Assembly: GCA_030641565.1 (NCBI GenBank)
Contig: DAOWHF010000223.1
Span: forward strand, 1-35,519
Direction: 5' to 3'
Origin: Methylomarinum sp.
GTDB lineage: Bacteria > Pseudomonadota > Gammaproteobacteria > Methylococcales > Methylomonadaceae
Length of the DNA stretch: 35,519 nucleotides
In this document: positions 8,545 to 20,203 of the stretch, in pieces
How positions within the stretch are numbered: the first letter of the stretch is position 1
Layout: every line of letters starts with the position of its first letter
Position numbers and translations under genes: made by a program
The notes under the pieces: generated by a model
The model's database searches: none
Seen by the model: only the letters and a program-made list of their open reading frames with translations
Told to the model about the DNA's origin: nothing

Positions 8545-9867
8545 TTATCTTTTTAACTTGGCCTTTTGCATAAGACCATCATATTGCTGAGACATCATAT
8601 GCGTTTGAAGCTGAGATATGAAATCCATTACAACAACAACAATAATCAACAGCGATGTACCACCAAAATAAAAAGGAACATTCCAATACACAATCATAAA
8701 CTCTGGCAACAAACATACTAAAGTAATGTAAAACGCACCAATCAATGTTAAACGTGTCATTACTTTATCTATATAGACTGTTGTTTGAACCCCAGGTCTA
8801 ATTCCGGGTAAAAATGCACCCGATCTTTTAAGATTATCAGCTGTTTCTTTAGAATTAAAAACCAAAGCCGTATAAAAAAAGCAGAAGAAGATAATTGCAG
8901 TAGCATATAGCAATACATAGATAGGCTGACCAGGTGACAACATTGTTGATACATCCTGCAACCAACCAAATCCTTCATTCCCACTGAACCAACCAGCTAT
9001 AGTTGACGGAAACAAAATAATACTTGAAGCAAAAATCGGCGGAATTACACCAGCCATATTCAGTTTTAAAGGCAAGAAACTACTTTGCCCCGCCATCATC
9101 TTACGACCTTGCTGACGCTTAGGATAGTTAATAATAATCCTACGCTGCCCTCTTTCCACAAAAACAACCAATGCAGTAACAGCAATAGCAACAAGGAACA
9201 ACAGCACTATAAAAGCACCATTCATCTCACCTGTTCTAGCCAACTCAAGTGTTCCACCAATTGCAGAAGGAAGTCCAGATACGATACCAGCGAAAATAAT
9301 CAATGAAATACCATTTCCTATTCCACGCTCGGTTACCTGCTCACCCAACCACATCAAGAATATTGTCCCAGTAACCAAAGTAATAGTTGTGATAACAATA
9401 AAACTTAAACCAGGATCGATAACAACTCCTAAACCACCTGCTGTCTGATTCTGCAAAGCCATCGATATACCTATCGCCTGAAATGTTGCCAGAACAACAG
9501 TACCATAACGGGTATATTGAGAAATCTTTCTGCGGCCAGACTCACCTTCTTTCTTAATCTGCTCCATTGCCGGAACAACTACCGTCATTAGCTGCATAAT
9601 AATAGATGCAGAAATATACGGCATGATACCCAGAGCAAAAAGACTTAAACGCATCAATGCACCACCAGAGAACATGTTAAACATGTCCAATATAGATCCA
9701 CTCTGCTGTTCAAACATGATCGCTAATGCTTTTGGATCAATTCCAGGCACAGGTATATGTGCTCCGACTCGATACACAAAGAAAGCACCAAGGACAAACA
9801 ACAACCTTGATCTTAACTCTGCAAAAGCGCCCATTTTACTTGTCATTTCTGCTCTTGAAGTACTCAC
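8545..9867 (-). CDS. secY: Preprotein translocase subunit SecY, 440 aa
   Basis: Multi-pass membrane protein with [25 protein letters not shown] and [14 protein letters not shown] motifs. It lies after rplO in the spc operon. Confidence 0.97.
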   Translation of the reverse strand: MSTSRAEMTSKMGAFAELRSRLLFVLGAFFVYRVGAHIPVPGIDPKALAIMFEQQSGSILDMFNMFSGGALMRLSLFALGIMPYISASIIMQLMTVVVPAMEQIKKEGESGRRKISQYTRYGTVVLATFQAIGISMALQNQTAGGLGVVIDPGLSFIVITTITLVTGTIFLMWLGEQVTERGIGNGISLIIFAGIVSGLPSAIGGTLELARTGEMNGAFIVLLFLVAIAVTALVVFVERGQRRIIINYPKRQQGRKMMAGQSSFLPLKLNMAGVIPPIFASSIILFPSTIAGWFSGNEGFGWLQDVSTMLSPGQPIYVLLYATAIIFFCFFYTALVFNSKETADNLKRSGAFLPGIRPGVQTTVYIDKVMTRLTLIGAFYITLVCLLPEFMIVYWNVPFYFGGTSLLIIVVVVMDFISQLQTHMMSQQYDGLMQKAKLKR

Positions 9868-10302
9868 TTATTCCTCTACTTTGCCGCCAGCAGCTTCTAT
9901 AGAAACTTTAGCACCAGATGTTACTTTCAGCCCTTTAACAGTAACAGATTTAGAAATCTCACCTGACTTAATAATCTTTACTGTTTTAGCAAATGAAGGA
10001 ACCAGATTAGCAGCTTTTAAGGCAGCTAAATCTACAACTTCAGCATTAACTGAACCTACTTCATATAAAGTAACTTCTGACGAATATTTTTTTACACGAG
10101 ATCTAAAGCCAACTTTAGGTAGTCTACGTTGCAAAGGCATTTGACCACCTTCAAAACCCACCTTATGAAAGCCACCACTTCTCGACTTTTGTCCTTTATG
10201 CCCGCGCCCACAAGTTTTACCTAAAGTACAGCCAATACCTCTACCGACTCTTTTAGATTTTTTTCGTGTACCGTAAGCAGATTGAATTGTATTTAAAAAC
10301 AT
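9868..10302 (-). CDS. rplO: 50S ribosomal protein L15
   Basis: ..[25 protein letters not shown].., 144 aa. Its start overlaps the rpmD stop (TAATG). Confidence 0.97.
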   Translation of the reverse strand: MFLNTIQSAYGTRKKSKRVGRGIGCTLGKTCGRGHKGQKSRSGGFHKVGFEGGQMPLQRRLPKVGFRSRVKKYSSEVTLYEVGSVNAEVVDLAALKAANLVPSFAKTVKIIKSGEISKSVTVKGLKVTSGAKVSIEAAGGKVEE

Positions 10303-10487
10303 TACACTTCCTCTACTTTCAACATATATGAAACTTTATTGATCATTCCACGATTTTCAGGAGTATCAATAACTTCAACTGTGTGACGTATTTTACGTAG
10401 TCCCAATCCTTTTAAGCATGCTTGGTGACTTTTCAATCGCCCAATCTTACTTTTAGTCATGGTTACACTTATTTTTTTATCAGCCAT
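10302..10487 (-). CDS. rpmD: 50S ribosomal protein L30
   Basis: 61 aa, ..[40 protein letters not shown].., in spc order. Confidence 0.96.
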   Translation of the reverse strand: MADKKISVTMTKSKIGRLKSHQACLKGLGLRKIRHTVEVIDTPENRGMINKVSYMLKVEEV

Positions 10488-10492
10488 GATTG

Positions 10493-11005
10493 CTATCCGG
10501 TAATTTGATCAACTGTCAAACCACGTTTAGCCGCGATTTGTTCAGCATTTTGCATTTCAGTTAAACCCTTAATAGTTGCTCTCACAACATTAATAGGATT
10601 ATTTGTACCGATACACTTAGCTAAAACGTTATGCACACCCACAACTTCAAAAACAGCACGCATAGCACCACCAGCGATGATACCTGTACCTTCAGAAGCT
10701 GGCTGCATATAAACTTTAGCAGCGCCAGTCTCACCAGTCACCGTATATTGTAGAGTACCTTCTTTTAACTGTACTTTACGCATATTTTTTCTTGCTTGCT
10801 CAAGTGACTTCTGAATGGCTATAGGCACTTCTCTTGCTTTACATACGCCATAACCAACACGCCCTTGACCATCACCGACAACCGTAAGAGCTGCAAAGCC
10901 AAAAACCCTACCACCCTTAACAACTTTAGCAACACGTCGCACTGAAACTAACTTTTCCTGCAAGCCATCTGCACTTGCTTGACCTTGAGGTCCTGATGTA
11001 GCCAT
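10493..11005 (-). CDS. rpsE: 30S ribosomal protein S5
   Basis: ..[32 protein letters not shown].., 170 aa. Confidence 0.97.
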   Translation of the reverse strand: MATSGPQGQASADGLQEKLVSVRRVAKVVKGGRVFGFAALTVVGDGQGRVGYGVCKAREVPIAIQKSLEQARKNMRKVQLKEGTLQYTVTGETGAAKVYMQPASEGTGIIAGGAMRAVFEVVGVHNVLAKCIGTNNPINVVRATIKGLTEMQNAEQIAAKRGLTVDQITG

Positions 11006-11014
11006 TATATTCTC

Positions 11015-11368
11015 CTAGAACTTCAACCCGGCTTCACGTGCTGCATCTGCCAATGCTTTTACACGACCATGATATTTAAAACCTGAACGATCAAAAGCAA
11101 TCTCAGTAATGCCTGCCTCTAATGCTCTTTTAGCAATAGCCTTACCCACCTCAGATGCAGCAACTGCATTACCTGTGCTTTTTTGGCTTGATTTGATCTC
11201 AGCTTCTAATGTTGAAGCACTTGCAACTGTAACAGTACCATCTTCACTCATCACTTGAGCATATATATGCTGTGATGTTTTGTGGACAGTCAACCTATTA
11301 ACACCTAACTGCTTTATTTTACTGCGTTGTCTTAACGCACGCTTTAAACGTGATGCTTTCTTATCCAT
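11015..11368 (-). CDS. rplR: 50S ribosomal protein L18
   Basis: 117 aa, C-terminus ..[26 protein letters not shown]. Confidence 0.97.
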   Translation of the reverse strand: MDKKASRLKRALRQRSKIKQLGVNRLTVHKTSQHIYAQVMSEDGTVTVASASTLEAEIKSSQKSTGNAVAASEVGKAIAKRALEAGITEIAFDRSGFKYHGRVKALADAAREAGLKF

Positions 11369-11377
11369 TATTTCATC

Positions 11378-11911
11378 CTACTTCTTTTTGGCCTCTTTTC
11401 TAGCAACATATTCATCTGTATATCTCACACCTTTACCCTTATAAGGCTCAGGTGGACGAAATGCTCTAATTTCTGAAGCTATTTGACCAACTTTTTGCTT
11501 ATCACTGCCCTTAACAACTAATTCTGTTTGGCTAACAGCCTCAATAACGATACCATCAGGCACATTATATTCAATAGGATTAGAAAACCCTAAAGAAAGA
11601 GTCAATAAACTACCCTTTACTTGAGCCCTGTAACCAACACCAATTAGTGTTAATTTCTTTTCAAAGCCTGTAGAAACACCAGTAACCATGTTATTAATAC
11701 ATGCTCTTGCTGTACCAGCCTGTGCATTAGACTTTTTAACAGTACCATCCCATTTTACCTGGATAACGTTATCATTAATTTCTACGTTAACATCATTGTG
11801 TACTGCATAAGATAACTGACCACCACTACCTTTAACAGTTAGATTACTACCATCTAATTTTACTTCTACACCATTAGGTATCTTTACAGGTGCATTCGCT
11901 ACTCTTGACAT
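11378..11911 (-). CDS. rplF: 50S ribosomal protein L6
   Basis: MSRVANAPVKIPNGVEVKLDG.., 177 aa. Confidence 0.97.
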   Translation of the reverse strand: MSRVANAPVKIPNGVEVKLDGSNLTVKGSGGQLSYAVHNDVNVEINDNVIQVKWDGTVKKSNAQAGTARACINNMVTGVSTGFEKKLTLIGVGYRAQVKGSLLTLSLGFSNPIEYNVPDGIVIEAVSQTELVVKGSDKQKVGQIASEIRAFRPPEPYKGKGVRYTDEYVARKEAKKK

Positions 11912-11926
11912 AAATTCACCTATAAC

Positions 11927-12322
11927 CTAACAAACAGTACAAATAACTTCACCACCATGCCCAATAGCTCGGGCAGCACGGTCAGTCATTACACCATTAG
12001 AAGTTGAAACGATAGCAATACCTAAACCAGCAAGAACCTTAGGAAGCTGATCTTTAGATTTATAAATTCTAAGTCCCGGTCTACTTACCCTTTTGACTTT
12101 TTCTATAACTGGCACACCTTGATAGTATTTTAATTCCACTGTCATCTCAGTGTGACTTCCAGTTGTTTCAGTTTTGAAATCAGTGATATAACCTTCTTCC
12201 TTCAAAACCTTTGCAATTGCTACTTTTAATTTAGAAGAAGGTAACTTCACATTCTTCTTTGCTGCAGACTGACCGTTTCTAATCCTGGTCAACATATCTG
12301 CAATTGGATCACTCATACTCAT
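11927..12322 (-). CDS. rpsH: 30S ribosomal protein S8
   Basis: [17 protein letters not shown].., near-identical to the E. coli S8 N-terminus. Confidence 0.97.
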   Translation of the reverse strand: MSMSDPIADMLTRIRNGQSAAKKNVKLPSSKLKVAIAKVLKEEGYITDFKTETTGSHTEMTVELKYYQGVPVIEKVKRVSRPGLRIYKSKDQLPKVLAGLGIAIVSTSNGVMTDRAARAIGHGGEVICTVC

Positions 12323-12351
12323 TTAATATTCTCCAAAAACCTGATAACCCA

Positions 12352-12657
12352 CTACCAGCTTGCTTTAGACAAACCAGGAACGTCGCCACGCATCGTTGCT
12401 TCTCTTAACTTGTTTCGTCCTAATCCAAACTTACGGTAGAAACCGTGTGGACGACCAGTAATTTTACAACGATTTCTACCCCTACTTGGACTAGAGTCAC
12501 GTGGAAGTTTTTGAAGCTTTAAAAGAGCCGCTTCTTTTTCTTCGATTGAAGTATTAGGGTTTCTGATTTCTTCTTTCAGTGCCCTTCTTTTAACTTCATA
12601 TTTACCGACTAATTTACTACGCTTATCTTCACGCGCAATCATTGACTTTTTAGCCAT
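12352..12657 (-). CDS. rpsN: 30S ribosomal protein S14 (long, non-zinc form), 101 aa
   Basis: [13 protein letters not shown].. and C-terminus ..[18 protein letters not shown]. Confidence 0.97.
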   Translation of the reverse strand: MAKKSMIAREDKRSKLVGKYEVKRRALKEEIRNPNTSIEEKEAALLKLQKLPRDSSPSRGRNRCKITGRPHGFYRKFGLGRNKLREATMRGDVPGLSKASW

Positions 12658-12670
12658 TTTAAATCGCCCT

Positions 12671-13210
12671 TTAGTTCTTAAATGGAAAATTGAAAAGCTT
12701 CAACAATGCAAGACCTTCTTCATTAGATCCAGCTGTTGTTGTAATAGAAATATCCATACCACGTAGAGTGTCTATCTTGTCATAATCAATCTCAGGAAAG
12801 ATGATTTGCTCTGTTACACCCATTGAATAATTTCCACGACCATCAAAGCTTTTAGGACTCATTCCTCTAAAATCACGGATTCGAGGAATTGCAATACTAA
12901 TCAATCTGTCTAAAAATTCATACATCTTGTCACTTCTAAGAGTAACTTTACAGCCAATGGCCATATCATCACGAATTTTAAAACCAGCGATTGATTTTCT
13001 TGACAAAGTTACAACTGGCTTCTGACCGGAGATTTTTTCCATGTCAGATAAAGCCGCTTGTAAAACTTTCTTATCAGCTACTGCAGCACCTACACCCATA
13101 TTAAGAGTGATTTTTGTTAGCTTAGGCACTTCCATTACAGATTTGTAACCAAATTGTTCTTGTAAAGCTGCGATTATGTTTTCTTTATATTCTGTTTCTA
13201 GTCTAGCCAT
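12671..13210 (-). CDS. rplE: 50S ribosomal protein L5
   Basis: 179 aa, ..[16 protein letters not shown].. and ..[20 protein letters not shown]... Confidence 0.97.
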   Translation of the reverse strand: MARLETEYKENIIAALQEQFGYKSVMEVPKLTKITLNMGVGAAVADKKVLQAALSDMEKISGQKPVVTLSRKSIAGFKIRDDMAIGCKVTLRSDKMYEFLDRLISIAIPRIRDFRGMSPKSFDGRGNYSMGVTEQIIFPEIDYDKIDTLRGMDISITTTAGSNEEGLALLKLFNFPFKN

Positions 13211-13224
13211 GATTTTTAATACCC

Positions 13225-13542
13225 TTATACATCAACAACTTCATTAGTCGATTTAAAATACCTGACTTTTTTTCCATCATCTAGAAACCTAAAACCAACA
13301 CGATCAGCTTTTTTTGTTTCAGGATTATACAAGCCAACATTGGAAATACTGATTGGCATATCTTTATCGATTATACCACCCTGAATTCCAGCATTAGGAT
13401 TACCCTTCTGATGTTTTTTAGCGCGGTTAACTCCTTCTACCAACACTTTTTTACCATCAATTATCTTAACAATTTTACCTTGTTTACCCTTATCTTTACC
13501 GATAAGAACAACAACTTCGTCACCTTGTTTTAATTTTTGCAT
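13225..13542 (-). CDS. rplX: 50S ribosomal protein L24
   Basis: [24 protein letters not shown].. (KOW motif), 105 aa. Confidence 0.97.
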   Translation of the reverse strand: MQKLKQGDEVVVLIGKDKGKQGKIVKIIDGKKVLVEGVNRAKKHQKGNPNAGIQGGIIDKDMPISISNVGLYNPETKKADRVGFRFLDDGKKVRYFKSTNEVVDV

Positions 13543-13556
13543 AATTGAATCTATCC

Positions 13557-13925
13557 TTACAATACTTCTGGAGCTAGTGAAATGATTTTCATATATTTTT
13601 CACCTCTCAATTCACGTGTTACTGGCCCAAAAATACGTGTTCCGATTGGTTGTAATGCTGCATTTAGAATCACTGCTGCATTACCATCAAAACGAATTAC
13701 TGACCCATCAGGTCTGCGTACGCCTTTTCTTGTTCTAACGACCAAAGCGTTATAAACCTCGCCTTTTTTTACTTTACCTCGAGGTATCGCATCTTTAACA
13801 CTCACTTTGATAATATCACCTATACCGGCATATCGTCTGTGAGAGCCACCTAATACTTTGATACACATGACCTTTTTTGCACCGCTGTTATCAGCGATAT
13901 CAAGGTTAGTTTGCATCTGAATCAT
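13557..13925 (-). CDS. rplN: 50S ribosomal protein L14
   Basis: [28 protein letters not shown].., 122 aa, first gene of the spc operon. Confidence 0.97.
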   Translation of the reverse strand: MIQMQTNLDIADNSGAKKVMCIKVLGGSHRRYAGIGDIIKVSVKDAIPRGKVKKGEVYNALVVRTRKGVRRPDGSVIRFDGNAAVILNAALQPIGTRIFGPVTRELRGEKYMKIISLAPEVL

Positions 13926-13975
13926 TATTAAATCCTAATTATATCAATTAATATTTTGAAAACTTTTTCTTAATC

Positions 13976-14230
13976 CTAGCTCTCAAGAACTGAAACCAAT
14001 TTAAAGGTTTTGTTTTTTGACAAAGGTCTGCACGAAGTTATAGTAACCATATCTCCCTGCTTTGCTTGGTTTTGCTCATCATGAGCCAAATACTTAGTTG
14101 AACGCTTAACGAATTTCCCGTAAATTGGAAACTTAATAAGACGCTCAACCATAACAGTTATGGATTTATCCATTTTATCACTTACAACACGACCTGTTAC
14201 TGTGCGTATTTTTTCTTTATTTTCACTCAT
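13976..14230 (-). CDS. rpsQ: 30S ribosomal protein S17
   Basis: 84 aa, ..[41 protein letters not shown]... Confidence 0.97.
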   Translation of the reverse strand: MSENKEKIRTVTGRVVSDKMDKSITVMVERLIKFPIYGKFVKRSTKYLAHDEQNQAKQGDMVTITSCRPLSKNKTFKLVSVLES

Positions 14231-14424
14231 GCCTGTGCACTCGCCATTTGATTTAAAATCGTATGAATTCGGGCAATATCTCTTCTCACCTTCTTCATTT
14301 GATCTGGTTTAGTCAGTTGACCTGTACCTTTTTGCATTCTCAAATTAAATTGTTCACGTGACTTTTCAAGTAACAATGAATTTAATTCTTCTTTTGATTT
14401 TTGACGCAATTCACTCGCATTCAT
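14227..14424 (-). CDS. rpmC: 50S ribosomal protein L29, 65 aa
   Basis: [31 protein letters not shown].. is colinear with E. coli L29. I take the ATG at 14424, overlapping the rplP TGA as TGATG. The track ORF starts one codon earlier at a GTG (14427). Confidence 0.93.
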   Translation of the reverse strand: MNASELRQKSKEELNSLLLEKSREQFNLRMQKGTGQLTKPDQMKKVRRDIARIHTILNQMASAQA

Positions 14425-14837
14425 CACATTATCGTCCGCGCTACAAAAGTTGTCTTAACAGGCAATTTAGCGGCTGCTAAAGTAAATGCCTCACGTGCCA
14501 ATTCTTCAGATACACCTTGGATTTCGTATAACATAGTGCCTGGCTTCACATTAGCAACCCAGAATTCCACACTACCTTTACCCTTACCCATACGTACCTC
14601 AAGAGGTTTCTTAGTAATTGGTCTATCAGGAAAAATTCTTATCCACATCTTTCCTGTCCGCTTCACATGCCTCGTAATTGTTCTACGAGCTGCCTCTATT
14701 TGGCGGGCTGTTATTCTACCACGACTTGTGGACTTTAATCCATACTCACCGAAACTTACTGAAGAGCCTCGAACAGCAACGCCATTATTTCTGCCTTTTT
14801 GCTGCTTACGGAATTTTGTTCTTTTAGGTTGAAGCAT
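14424..14837 (-). CDS. rplP: 50S ribosomal protein L16
   Basis: [17 protein letters not shown].., 137 aa. Confidence 0.97.
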   Translation of the reverse strand: MLQPKRTKFRKQQKGRNNGVAVRGSSVSFGEYGLKSTSRGRITARQIEAARRTITRHVKRTGKMWIRIFPDRPITKKPLEVRMGKGKGSVEFWVANVKPGTMLYEIQGVSEELAREAFTLAAAKLPVKTTFVARTIM

Positions 14838-14854
14838 TTGTTTTGTCCCTTCAA

Positions 14855-15526
14855 CTATTTCTTAGTGTTAGAATTATTTGATGCAGTATGTGCATCCATA
14901 TCAAATACTTCACCTTTAAAGATCCAGACTTTAATGCCTATAATCCCATAAGTCGTATTTGCTTCAGCTGTTCCATAATCAATATCTGCACGTAAAGTAT
15001 GCAAAGGTACTCGACCTTCACGGTACCACTCGCCACGAGCAATTTCAGCTCCATTTAAACGACCTGCAACATTAATTTTGATACCTTCAGCACCCAGTCT
15101 CATAGTATTAGTTACCGCACGTTTCATAGCACGACGATACATAATTCTTTTTTCTAACTGCTGAGCAATACCTTCAGCCACAAGAGTTGCATCCAACTCA
15201 GGCTTTCTAATTTCTTCAACATTTATCTTTACTGGGACCTTCATCATTTTTGAAACTTCTTGTCTCAATTTATCGATATCTTCACCTTTCTTACCGATAA
15301 CAATTCCTGGACGTGCTGTATGCACAGTAATCTGTGCATTATTCGCTGGTCTATTAATCTGAATACGACTGACAGACGCATGCGATAATTTCTTCTTAAT
15401 ATACTCACGTACCTTTAAGTCTTGTAGCAAGAATACAGGATAGTTTTGGCTATTTGCATACCATCTTGAAGTCCAATCTTTAACAATACCAAGACGTATA
15501 CCCGTTGGATGTACCTTCTGACCCAT
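14855..15526 (-). CDS. rpsC: 30S ribosomal protein S3
   Basis: [18 protein letters not shown].., 223 aa. Confidence 0.97.
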   Translation of the reverse strand: MGQKVHPTGIRLGIVKDWTSRWYANSQNYPVFLLQDLKVREYIKKKLSHASVSRIQINRPANNAQITVHTARPGIVIGKKGEDIDKLRQEVSKMMKVPVKINVEEIRKPELDATLVAEGIAQQLEKRIMYRRAMKRAVTNTMRLGAEGIKINVAGRLNGAEIARGEWYREGRVPLHTLRADIDYGTAEANTTYGIIGIKVWIFKGEVFDMDAHTASNNSNTKK

Positions 15527-15534
15527 TTTAACCT

Positions 15535-15870
15535 CTACTCGTATTCTGAGACTTTAATTGTTATGTGGCAGGTTCTTTTTAGGATATGATTTGCACGTCC
15601 CTTTGCTCTTGCACGAACCCGTTTTAGCGTTGAACCTTCATTAACAAATACTGTTGAAACAAACATTTCATCAATATCAGCACTTTCATTGTGCTCAGCA
15701 TTTGCAATAGCCGACTCTAAAACCTTAACTATAATTGCAGCCGCTTTTTTAGTACTGAATTTTAATGTATTCAATGCTTTTTCGACTGGCAATCCACGTA
15801 TTTGGTCACCAACTAATCTAGCCTTTTGAGCAGACAGTGGAGCATTATTTAACTTCGCTGAAATTTCCAT
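15535..15870 (-). CDS. rplV: 50S ribosomal protein L22
   Basis: ..[14 protein letters not shown].. and ..[13 protein letters not shown].., 111 aa. Confidence 0.97.
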   Translation of the reverse strand: MEISAKLNNAPLSAQKARLVGDQIRGLPVEKALNTLKFSTKKAAAIIVKVLESAIANAEHNESADIDEMFVSTVFVNEGSTLKRVRARAKGRANHILKRTCHITIKVSEYE

Positions 15871-15875
15871 TATTA

Positions 15876-16151
15876 TTACCTTCTTGCTTTCTTGTCAACA
15901 ATATGCCCTCTGTAGGTACGTGTTGGAGAAAACTCACCCAACTTATGTCCTACCATATTCTCAGAAATCAACACTGGTATGTGCTGACGTCCGTTATGAA
16001 CGGCAATTGTTAGACCTAGCATATCAGGACTAATCATAGATCTTCTAGACCAGGTTTTAATCGGTTTCCTATTATTAGTTGCAACTGCTGATTCAACTTT
16101 CTTCAACAGATGATGATCAATAAACGGACCTTTTTTAATTGAACGTGGCAC
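15876..16151 (-). CDS. rpsS: 30S ribosomal protein S19
   Basis: [20 protein letters not shown].., 91 aa. Confidence 0.97.
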   Translation of the reverse strand: MPRSIKKGPFIDHHLLKKVESAVATNNRKPIKTWSRRSMISPDMLGLTIAVHNGRQHIPVLISENMVGHKLGEFSPTRTYRGHIVDKKARR

Positions 16152-16163
16152 TATTTACACCCC

Positions 16164-16991
16164 TTATTTCTTATCACGGCGTCTGACAATCATATTGTCA
16201 GTACGTTTGTTTTTTCTAGTTTTATAACCCTTCGCAGGAGTACCCCATGGAGACACCGGATGTCTACCACCTGACGTACGCCCTTCACCACCACCATGTG
16301 GATGATCAACAGGGTTCATAGCAACACCACGAACAGTAGGCCTAACACCTCTATGTCTAGATGCTCCAGCTTTACCCAATGAAATCAGGTTATGCTCTGA
16401 GTTTGACACCTCACCAACAACAGCCTTACATTCAGACAACACTTTACGCATCTCACCTGAACGCAAACGAAGTGTCACATGCGCACCATCTTTAGCAACT
16501 AATTGCGCAGATGTTCCCGCACTTCTAGCAATTTGTGCACCTTTACCTGGCTTTAATTCAACACAATGTATTGTTGAACCCAGAGGCATGTTACGTAAAG
16601 GCATACAGTTACCAGGCTTAACAGGTACTGTTTCAGCAGAATAAATTTCTTGACCTACTTCAATTCCAGAAGGTGCAATGATATATTTCCGCTCACCATC
16701 CTTAAATAATAGCAACGCAATATTAGCAGTTCTATTTGGATCATATTCAATCCTTTCAACAACCGCAGGAATATCAGTTTTATTTCTTTTGAAATCAATT
16801 ACTCGATAATGCTGTTTATGACCACCGCCAATATGACGTGTAGTTATTCTGCCTTGATTATTTCTACCACCAGATTTACTTTTCTTCTCTAATAGTGCTG
16901 CAAATGGCTTACCCTTATGTAATGCATCATTTTTTACACGTACTACAAATCTCGACCCTGGAGAAGTCGGTTTCGATTTTAGAATAGCCAT
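16164..16991 (-). CDS. rplB: 50S ribosomal protein L2
   Basis: ..[26 protein letters not shown].., 275 aa. Confidence 0.97.
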   Translation of the reverse strand: MAILKSKPTSPGSRFVVRVKNDALHKGKPFAALLEKKSKSGGRNNQGRITTRHIGGGHKQHYRVIDFKRNKTDIPAVVERIEYDPNRTANIALLLFKDGERKYIIAPSGIEVGQEIYSAETVPVKPGNCMPLRNMPLGSTIHCVELKPGKGAQIARSAGTSAQLVAKDGAHVTLRLRSGEMRKVLSECKAVVGEVSNSEHNLISLGKAGASRHRGVRPTVRGVAMNPVDHPHGGGEGRTSGGRHPVSPWGTPAKGYKTRKNKRTDNMIVRRRDKK

Positions 16992-17027
16992 CGCTTTCTA
17001 CCGTTTAATATTTAGTTGTAAGGTTAA

Positions 17028-17327
17028 TTATGCTGAAGCAAAATCTATGTCATGACCAGATTTAAGCTTTACATAAGCCTTTTTCCAATCCGATCTTTTA
17101 CCTAGAGAACGACCAAAGCGCTTAACTTTACCTTTCACATTAAGAACTTGAACAGAGTCAACCTCAACATCAAACATTAACTCAACCGCTTTTTTTATTT
17201 CAAGCTTAGTTGCAACTTTTTGCACTTTAAATACAAAACGATTGCTTTCTTCTGCTGCAATTGTACTCTTTTCAGAAACAATTGGAGCCAATAAGACGTT
17301 CGCTAATTTATTCTTCTGGATACTCAT
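17028..17327 (-). CDS. rplW: 50S ribosomal protein L23
   Basis: 99 aa, ..[24 protein letters not shown]... Its start overlaps the rplD stop by 4 nt. Confidence 0.96.
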   Translation of the reverse strand: MSIQKNKLANVLLAPIVSEKSTIAAEESNRFVFKVQKVATKLEIKKAVELMFDVEVDSVQVLNVKGKVKRFGRSLGKRSDWKKAYVKLKSGHDIDFASA

Positions 17328-17938
17328 GCCAAACGCTCCTCAATCAGCTTTAGCGCCGATGTTGTTGCAATAACTTTATCAGCTGCTACCAAAGCTACTG
17401 GGCTCAACCCTTCTACTGTAGAAACATCTACATAAGGAATATTTCTAGAAGCAAGAACTAAATCTTCTGTTAGCTCACCAGCAACTATTAAAATACGTTT
17501 TGCATCCAAATTTGATAGTTTTGCCACCAAATCTTTAGTTTTTGGTGTTGCAGGGATTATTTCATCACTGACAACCAATCTATCTTGACGCAATAATTCA
17601 GACAATATAGAGCGGATACCCACTTTAAACATCTTCTTATTCAGCTTCTGAGCGAATGATCTAGGCTGTGCAGCAAATGTCACACCACCTGATCGCCAGA
17701 TAGGACTGCTCATTGTACCAGCTCTTGCTCGTCCTGTCCCTTTTTGTCGCCATGGTTTTGCACCACCACCACTTACAGCAGAACGATTCTTTTGTGCTTT
17801 TGTTCCAGCACGCGCTGTTGCAAGGTATCTTACAACTAACTGGTGAACCAATGTCTCATTAAATTCTTGACCAAATACTTTCTCAGCAACTTCAACTGCT
17901 GAATCTTGGTCATTTATTGCAGGTACTTGCAAAGTCAT
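17324..17938 (-). CDS. rplD: 50S ribosomal protein L4
   Basis: ..[30 protein letters not shown].., 204 aa. Confidence 0.97.
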   Translation of the reverse strand: MTLQVPAINDQDSAVEVAEKVFGQEFNETLVHQLVVRYLATARAGTKAQKNRSAVSGGGAKPWRQKGTGRARAGTMSSPIWRSGGVTFAAQPRSFAQKLNKKMFKVGIRSILSELLRQDRLVVSDEIIPATPKTKDLVAKLSNLDAKRILIVAGELTEDLVLASRNIPYVDVSTVEGLSPVALVAADKVIATTSALKLIEERLA

Positions 17939-17941
17939 AAC

Positions 17942-18592
17942 TTAACCTTTATTACGCATTTTCATGGCAGGAGTGATAACCACATCACCGCCTTTAGCTC
18001 CAGGCACTGAACCCTTTACTAAAATTAAATTTCTTTCAACATCAATGGAGTGAATCGTAAGATTCTGAACAGTTCTCTTAACTGCACCCATATGCCCTGA
18101 CATTTTCTTGCCTTTGAAAACACGACCCGGTGTTTGACACATACCAATAGACCCATTAGATCTATGCGAGATAGAGTTACCATGAGTTGCATCTTGCATG
18201 CCAAAGTTATGACGCTTTATACCACCCTGAAAACCTTTACCGATACTTGTACCGGAAGCATCAATTACCTGACCTTCACTAAATATATCCAAAGCAAGTT
18301 CGGAACCGGCAGCTAAGTCTTCACCCTCACCGTCGCCCAGCCTGAATTCTACCAATTCACGACCTGCCGTGACATTTGCAGCAGCATAATGCCCAGCCAA
18401 TGCTTTGTCGACCTTTGATGACTTTTTATCACCAACAGCAACCTGAATTGCTCGGTAACCATCTCTATCAACATTTTTCACCTGCACAACTCTGTTAGAG
18501 CTTATCTCTAAAACAGTTACAGGGACTGATGAGCCATCATCAGTAAAAATTCGGGTCATACCACATTTACGACCAATAAGTCCTATTGACAT
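17942..18592 (-). CDS. rplC: 50S ribosomal protein L3
   Basis: [29 protein letters not shown].., 216 aa. Confidence 0.97.
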   Translation of the reverse strand: MSIGLIGRKCGMTRIFTDDGSSVPVTVLEISSNRVVQVKNVDRDGYRAIQVAVGDKKSSKVDKALAGHYAAANVTAGRELVEFRLGDGEGEDLAAGSELALDIFSEGQVIDASGTSIGKGFQGGIKRHNFGMQDATHGNSISHRSNGSIGMCQTPGRVFKGKKMSGHMGAVKRTVQNLTIHSIDVERNLILVKGSVPGAKGGDVVITPAMKMRNKG

Positions 18593-18638
18593 CTGCCAAT
18601 TCCTCGTTCTTACAAATACCCCTTAACGAGTATATTTA

Positions 18639-18950
18639 TTATTTAAGTTTAATTTGAACATCAACACCAGCTGCAAGATCTAATTTCATCAATGCATCTA
18701 CTGTTTTATCAGTTGGCTCAACAATATCAAGCAACCTTTTATATGTTCTCAACTCATACTGATCTCGTGCATCTTTATTTACATGCGGAGAAACCAATAT
18801 GGTAAAACGCTCTTTTTTAGTAGGCAAAGGAATAGGGCCCTTTACAAGGGCGCCTGTTCTTTTTGCTGTTTCTACTATCTCACCTGCAGACTGATCAATT
18901 AATTTATGATCAAAAGCTTTCAAGCGAATTCTGATAGTTTGATTAGCCAT
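18639..18950 (-). CDS. rpsJ: 30S ribosomal protein S10
   Basis: [21 protein letters not shown].., 103 aa. It starts 5 nt after the tuf stop. Confidence 0.97.
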   Translation of the reverse strand: MANQTIRIRLKAFDHKLIDQSAGEIVETAKRTGALVKGPIPLPTKKERFTILVSPHVNKDARDQYELRTYKRLLDIVEPTDKTVDALMKLDLAAGVDVQIKLK

Positions 18951-18955
18951 TTATA

Positions 18956-20176
18956 TTACTCAATGATTGAAGCAACAACACCCGCACCAACTGTGCGACC
19001 ACCTTCACGAACAGCGAAACGCAAACCTTCATCCATCGCAATTGGATTGATCAAAGTTACTTCTACTGTTACGTTATCACCCGGCATTACCATTTCAACG
19101 CCTTCTTGTAATTCAACAGCACCTGTAATGTCTGTAGTTCTGAAGTAGAACTGTGGACGGTAGCCATTAAAGAAAGGTGTGTGACGACCACCCTCATCTT
19201 TAGATAAAACATAAATTTCCGCTTTAAATCTTGAATGCGGTTTTACAGAACCTGGATGAGCTAATACTTGACCACGCTCAACATCTTCACGCTTAGTACC
19301 ACGTAACAAGACACCAACGTTATCACCAGCTTCACCTTGATCAAGCAATTTACGGAACATTTCAACACCAGTACAAACTGTTTTAGCAGTTTCTTTGATA
19401 CCGACAATCTCTAATTCTTCACCAACTTTAACAACACCACGCTCAATACGACCAGTAACAACAGTACCACGACCAGAGATTGAGAATACGTCTTCCACTG
19501 GCATAATAAATGCGCCATCAACAGCTCTTTCAGGCAGCGGAATGTACGAATCCAAAGCTTCAACTAATTTCAATACTGATGGAACACCAACTTCACTTGT
19601 GTCGCCTTCCAATGCCTTTAACGCAGAACCAACAATAATTGGAGTATCATCACCAGGAAAATCATACTGATCTAATAACTCACGCAGCTCCATTTCAACT
19701 AGCTCTAGCATTTCATCATACTCTTCTGTATGAAGACCACCACAATCGTCCGCAAGAATATCTGCTTTGTTTAGGAATACTACAACGTAAGGTACACCAA
19801 CTTGACGTGACAATAAGATATGCTCACGTGTTTGCGGCATAGGACCATCAGTTGCACCACATACTAAGATAGCACCATCCATTTGAGCAGCACCAGTAAT
19901 CATGTTTTTCACATAATCAGCATGGCCCGGACAGTCAACATGCGCATAGTGACGAGTTTCTGATTCGTACTCTACATGTGATGTTGCAATTGTAATACCA
20001 CGCTCACGCTCTTCTGGTGCATTATCAATTTCGTCGAAAGCTTTAACCTCCCCACCCATTGCTTCTGCCATAACTTTTGTCAAAGCTGCTGTCAAAGTTG
20101 TTTTACCGTGGTCAACGTGCCCAATTGTACCCACGTTTACGTGTGGTTTGTTTCTTTCAAATTTTTCTTTAGCCAT
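18956..20176 (-). CDS. tuf: Elongation factor Tu, 406 aa (about 12 aa longer than E. coli EF-Tu)
   Basis: [31 protein letters not shown].., DCPGHADY and NKAD motifs. It is colinear with E. coli TufA except for a ~10-aa insertion after NKAD and 2 extra residues near EGD. Confidence 0.97.
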   Translation of the reverse strand: MAKEKFERNKPHVNVGTIGHVDHGKTTLTAALTKVMAEAMGGEVKAFDEIDNAPEERERGITIATSHVEYESETRHYAHVDCPGHADYVKNMITGAAQMDGAILVCGATDGPMPQTREHILLSRQVGVPYVVVFLNKADILADDCGGLHTEEYDEMLELVEMELRELLDQYDFPGDDTPIIVGSALKALEGDTSEVGVPSVLKLVEALDSYIPLPERAVDGAFIMPVEDVFSISGRGTVVTGRIERGVVKVGEELEIVGIKETAKTVCTGVEMFRKLLDQGEAGDNVGVLLRGTKREDVERGQVLAHPGSVKPHSRFKAEIYVLSKDEGGRHTPFFNGYRPQFYFRTTDITGAVELQEGVEMVMPGDNVTVEVTLINPIAMDEGLRFAVREGGRTVGAGVVASIIE

Positions 20177-20203
20177 GAGTCAATACCCTTAATAGTCTTT
20201 TCT

